Part shown: piece by piece, positions 60,052 through 64,000 of the stretch
Layout: every line of letters begins with the position of its first letter
Numbering within the stretch: the first letter of the stretch is position 1
DNA from: Methanobacteriota archaeon
Lineage (GTDB): Archaea; Thermoplasmatota; Poseidoniia; Poseidoniales; Poseidoniaceae
Direction of reading: 5' to 3'
NCBI GenBank assembly: GCA_002726495.1
Contig: PBTH01000062.1
Span: 9,239 to 73,238 of the forward strand
DNA length: 64,000 bases
The notes under the pieces: generated by a model
Database searches by the model: none
What the model was told of the DNA's origin: nothing
Seen by the model: the letters and a program-made list of their open reading frames with translations, nothing else
Program-made: the position numbers and the translations under genes

Positions 60052-61836
60052 ATGTGCGGCATTGGCGGTATGCTTGGCCATCCAGATATCGCCGTGGCGC
60101 AGCGAATGAACAAGTTGCAAATTCACCGCGGCCCTGACGGCCAAGATACTTGGTCTGATGAATTCATAGCGCTTGGACATACACGCCTTGCCATTGTTGA
60201 CCTGAACGGGAGTCAACAACCGATTCATGGTCCAAATCAGCAGACACTAATTGTCAACGGTGAAATCTACAACCATTTGGAATTGCGAAGCAGGCATCCA
60301 AACTACCCGTTTACGACCTCAGGTGATAGCGAGGCAATACTCGCCCTCCACAACCATTGTGTGACGCAATACCAACGAATTCCAACCGCTGAAGACCATG
60401 CATCGTGGCTATCACAACTTGACGGAATGTATGCTATCGCACTATGGGATGGCAACAACCGTCAACTGGTTCTTGCTCGAGATACACTTGGAATCAAACC
60501 CTTGGTCAAATGCGAAGTTGAAGGTACACTTCTTTTTGCGAGCGAAGTCAAAGCATTACGCAGTGATGAGCGCCATGTTCCAGAACTTGATGACTTGGCG
60601 CTTGCGGCAAGAATGGTGTGGGAATATCCATTGGATGCAACGACCCTCCTCAAAGGAGTGACACAAGTTCGGCCTGGAACGGTTGAGACATGGGAACTCA
60701 ACGAACAAGGAGATGCTTTTCTTTCCGGTAAAGCAACCATTGAGCACCGAACCATTTCACCTAAACAATCATGGTCGCCGGTCACACAAGCACCGATACT
60801 GCTGGATTCGTTTATTTCGAGCGTACAACAACGACTCATGGCTGATGTCCCAGTTGGAATTGTGTTGTCAGGTGGGCTGGATTCCAGTCTTGTCGCGGCG
60901 GTTGCTCAAGAAGCATCCATGCGAGCGAAACAACCCGTTCCGGAATGTTGGACAGTCGCCGAAAGTGAAGACAATCCAGATTGGAAAGCAGCAGAGATTG
61001 TCGCTTCACACTTTGATCTCAAACATCATCAGCATATCCTTGACCCCGATGCGTTTGACCGCGCCCTTCCAAATCTCATCTGGCATGGAGAAGACTTGGA
61101 TGTGACGGTATTGTTTTTCCAGCCCCTCTTTGAAACGATGTCAAAACATGTCAAGGTTGGCCTTTGCGGCCAAGGAGCCGATGAATTGCATGCTGGATAT
61201 CCTCGCTACAGAAATCTTCCGAGCCATGCAAAACTTCTCAGAGAACGATTAAACGCACTTCCTTCTCAACTTCAACATGCATTAGAACACGGGTCTCTGG
61301 ATGAAACCGAAGGCTGGCTAAAGCCATACCACCGACCAGAAGAAACTGCAAACTCTCTATCTGAGACCCTACAGTTTGAATTGGATCATGGGCAACTCAG
61401 TAATTTCCAGCTTCGGCTGGTTGACCGACATTCAATGGCTCATTCACTTGAAGTGAGAGTGCCCTTCCTCGGAAGGCCTCATCTTGAATGCGTGAATTCA
61501 TTGCCAATGGCGTGGAGGTTGCCTCCAAGTTTTGAAGAAAAAGCGGCTCTACGTGAGGCCGCTGACCTCACCGGTTTGCCGAAGGAAATCGTACGTCGAC
61601 CGAAGATGCCAGCCGGAAGGGCGACATCTCCTACGATGTTGGAGATGTTTTTGAAGGAATATTCCACCCAAACTCAGCAACTCGTCAAAAAGTACGAAAC
61701 ATTGTCACCCTTATTCAAGGGACAATCTGAACTTGCCCTCGGACTCGGCCTATTTGAGGCGATGCACATCGTTAATGGTGGAAGGATTAAGAAAGACGGA
61801 GACATAATCACATTGCTTGATGAGGTGATAGCATGA
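60052..61836 (+). CDS. asnB: Asparagine synthetase B-like amidotransferase
   Basis: MCGI, HRGPD, RLAIVD, NGEIYN, LSGGLDSS, GQGADE, DRHSMAHSLEVRVPFL. Confidence 0.88.
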   Translation: MCGIGGMLGHPDIAVAQRMNKLQIHRGPDGQDTWSDEFIALGHTRLAIVDLNGSQQPIHGPNQQTLIVNGEIYNHLELRSRHPNYPFTTSGDSEAILALHNHCVTQYQRIPTAEDHASWLSQLDGMYAIALWDGNNRQLVLARDTLGIKPLVKCEVEGTLLFASEVKALRSDERHVPELDDLALAARMVWEYPLDATTLLKGVTQVRPGTVETWELNEQGDAFLSGKATIEHRTISPKQSWSPVTQAPILLDSFISSVQQRLMADVPVGIVLSGGLDSSLVAAVAQEASMRAKQPVPECWTVAESEDNPDWKAAEIVASHFDLKHHQHILDPDAFDRALPNLIWHGEDLDVTVLFFQPLFETMSKHVKVGLCGQGADELHAGYPRYRNLPSHAKLLRERLNALPSQLQHALEHGSLDETEGWLKPYHRPEETANSLSETLQFELDHGQLSNFQLRLVDRHSMAHSLEVRVPFLGRPHLECVNSLPMAWRLPPSFEEKAALREAADLTGLPKEIVRRPKMPAGRATSPTMLEMFLKEYSTQTQQLVKKYETLSPLFKGQSELALGLGLFEAMHIVNGGRIKKDGDIITLLDEVIA

Positions 61837-63035
61837 CCAATGTCCACGATTTGACCTCTGTCCTCGAGTCCATGCGGAAAGAAATTACGGCATGGATGGC
61901 AACAAAGCGGGAAGAGATCTCCATCCCAATTTATGGCAGCGTTGACATTCGCGATGCCGGTTGGAAAGTGGGAGTGGTTGATGCCAACCACTTTCCCGCT
62001 GGATTCAATAACATCGCAGAGGATGATTTCCCCCATCTTTCTGAATTGTTTAAGGCTCACATCTTGAGAACAAAACCAGAGTGTAAATCCGTCCACATCT
62101 ATCCCGAAAGCCACACGAGGAACCTTGGATATATTGAGAACATCGCAACGATTCAGCGCTTGATAAAAGGGGCTGGTTTTGTTTGCACAGTTGGGTCACC
62201 TGAGCTGTCTGAACTGGGCTTTCTCAAAGGAATATCTGGCCCACTGAAACTTGAGCCAGTTGATGTTGATTCCGAGGGAGAACTCATCGTTGGAGGTGTA
62301 AAGCCTGACCTCATTTTGTTAAACAACGACCTCACCAACGGAAAACTTCCAGGATTGACATCTCCAAGTGTGACACCCCCTACTGAGATGGGTTGGCATC
62401 AGCGGAAAAAATCTGAACATTACAGGTGTCTACAAGGATATGTTGATGAAATTTCAGAAATGATTGGAATTGACCCCTGGCACCTCATGCCAGAGTGGTT
62501 TGTTTCCAAAGACAAGTGCTTAACAGAAGAGGCATGCAAGACAAAACTCGCCAGTGAAATCAATGAATTCATTGCAAAAATACAAGCACGCTATGATGCA
62601 TATGGAATTGATAGAACTCCGGCTGTTGTCATGAAAAACGATAGAGGCACCTATGGTTTGGGGATTATGATACTCACTTCAGGAGACCAGATACTCAACC
62701 TGTCAAACAGAAAAATCAACAAATTAAGGTATGCAAAAGGCGGAGCAGATGTTGAAAGTTATTTGATTCAAGAAGGAATTCCTACTGGCATGCTAACGGA
62801 TGATGGTGAGCCTGTTGAACCGGTCGTTTACCTTGTTGATGGAGAAGCGGCAGCTTGGTTCTATCGCATCAACCCCAAAAAATCAGACATGGACAACCTT
62901 AATTCACCAAGTGCTCGCTTTGAGAATTACACACGCTCCGGTGACAAGTACGGAACCCATGCTCACGGGTGGCATGCTCTTCTCGCAGAGTTAAGCATGC
63001 TTGCCATGGGCGCTGAATTAAACATTAAACGGTGA
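61833..63035 (+). CDS. gshA: Glutamate--cysteine ligase, ATP-grasp-like GshA type
   Basis: YGSVDIRDAG..VDANHFPAGFNN, PESHTRN, LLNNDL, GTYGLGIM, IQEGIPT, EPVVY, NLNSP. Confidence 0.75.
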   Translation: MTNVHDLTSVLESMRKEITAWMATKREEISIPIYGSVDIRDAGWKVGVVDANHFPAGFNNIAEDDFPHLSELFKAHILRTKPECKSVHIYPESHTRNLGYIENIATIQRLIKGAGFVCTVGSPELSELGFLKGISGPLKLEPVDVDSEGELIVGGVKPDLILLNNDLTNGKLPGLTSPSVTPPTEMGWHQRKKSEHYRCLQGYVDEISEMIGIDPWHLMPEWFVSKDKCLTEEACKTKLASEINEFIAKIQARYDAYGIDRTPAVVMKNDRGTYGLGIMILTSGDQILNLSNRKINKLRYAKGGADVESYLIQEGIPTGMLTDDGEPVEPVVYLVDGEAAAWFYRINPKKSDMDNLNSPSARFENYTRSGDKYGTHAHGWHALLAELSMLAMGAELNIKR

Positions 63036-63039
63036 TTAT

Positions 63040-64000
63040 ATGGCGACGATTCATTGTCTAGGCAGCGGCTTAGTAGGGGCATTTGTTGTCCGGCACTTGG
63101 TTGAAGCTGACCACGATGTTCATGTCTACGATTTGAAAGCAAGTGATGTCGATGGCATCACAATGCACATTGGAGACATTACGGGGGAACTTGGCCGTAT
63201 TCCCGAGGGATTGATTGTCAACATGTTGCCTGGTGATATCGGGGGTGGCTGTACTGAAAGTCTTGTAGAACTCGGAAGAACCGTTGTGGACTTATCGTTT
63301 GCTGAAGAGACACCTGACCGGCTCCAACAAAAAGCATTGGATTCCAATGCGACTGTGGTCTGGGATGTTGGTATTGCCCCTGGTTTGTCGAACATGCTTC
63401 TTGCTGAGGCTCAAGAAAAATTAGGAGCGTTCAAAAATGCGGAAATAAGGGTAGGTGGGAATCCTGGCCAACCCGACGATGAGTGGTCATATATGGCCCC
63501 ATTTTCTCCAATTGATGTGATCGCAGAATACACCCGCCCTGCACGGGTCATAAGAGATTCAACGCTTGCAACCCTACCTGCTCTCGATGAGCGACACATC
63601 ATCAACGTAGGAGGTAAAGGAGAAATGGAGGCATTCCTTTCAGATGGCCTGCGCTCACTTTTGTTCACAATCAATGCACAAGATATGTCAGAATATACGG
63701 TCCGGTGGCCCGGACACATACAACGTTACATCGATGAGCGAGATGCTGGTACATTGGATGTTGAGAAATTATTGGATTCTTGGTCTCTTGACAAAGGTCG
63801 GAGTGAATTTACTTGGATGGAAGTCAAAGCAGAGGGAAAACATCACCGGCATATCTGGACGGTGATGGACAAAGGTAGTGGCAACGATTCTTCAATGGCT
63901 AGAACGACCGGCCTGGTCACCATAGCAACGGTATTGACCATGTGTGAGCATCCTCAAATCCTATCCCATGGAGTCCATTCACCAGAACAACTCCCGCCAG
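63040..64000 (+). CDS. Saccharopine/lysine dehydrogenase-family oxidoreductase (3' end truncated by window)
   Basis: Hand translation MATIHCLGSGLVG..DLSF..DVGIAPGLSN..EY.RPAR..SMARTTG; absent from the ORF track because there is no stop in the window. Confidence 0.8.
   Translation, partial: MATIHCLGSGLVGAFVVRHLVEADHDVHVYDLKASDVDGITMHIGDITGELGRIPEGLIVNMLPGDIGGGCTESLVELGRTVVDLSFAEETPDRLQQKALDSNATVVWDVGIAPGLSNMLLAEAQEKLGAFKNAEIRVGGNPGQPDDEWSYMAPFSPIDVIAEYTRPARVIRDSTLATLPALDERHIINVGGKGEMEAFLSDGLRSLLFTINAQDMSEYTVRWPGHIQRYIDERDAGTLDVEKLLDSWSLDKGRSEFTWMEVKAEGKHHRHIWTVMDKGSGNDSSMARTTGLVTIATVLTMCEHPQILSHGVHSPEQLPP

Noticed and set aside
470-63865. Numerous 60-180 aa ORFs antisense to or nested in long genes
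   Set aside because: Shadow ORFs of well-supported CDSs, with no recognisable motifs

Overview
Gene-dense chromosomal segment of a marine euryarchaeon, most likely Marine Group II (Poseidoniales). Archaeal information genes (rps3ae, psmB next to aCPSF1/FttA, ZPR1, SepF, archaeal AsnRS/TrpRS, PurP family) are mixed with bacterial-type genes (sodN-sodX, thyA-folA, PlsC, GshA) and large acidic TSP3-repeat surface proteins. Non-coding genes are an RNase P RNA (4203-4505, - strand), tRNA-Lys(CTT) and tRNA-Pro(TGG). I see no CRISPR array, integrase or transposase. The most striking feature is 43513-45534: a eukaryote-type Cid1/TUT4-7-like terminal nucleotidyltransferase with an intact catalytic Asp triad and the His associated with UTP selection. 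It is fused to an archaeal COG1340-type coiled-coil and lies in a tight operon with a GNAT and a Roadblock protein, near two further coiled-coil paralogues, which makes it a candidate archaeal RNA 3'-uridylation system. Other points of note: a Tudor/Tudor-knot plus calmodulin-like EF-hand protein, a SAP-fused S3Ae, a PdaD homologue lacking its cleavage serine, two micro-ORFs missed by the ORF track, and a structured leader upstream of aCPSF1. All calls come from motif recognition by eye; no searches were run.
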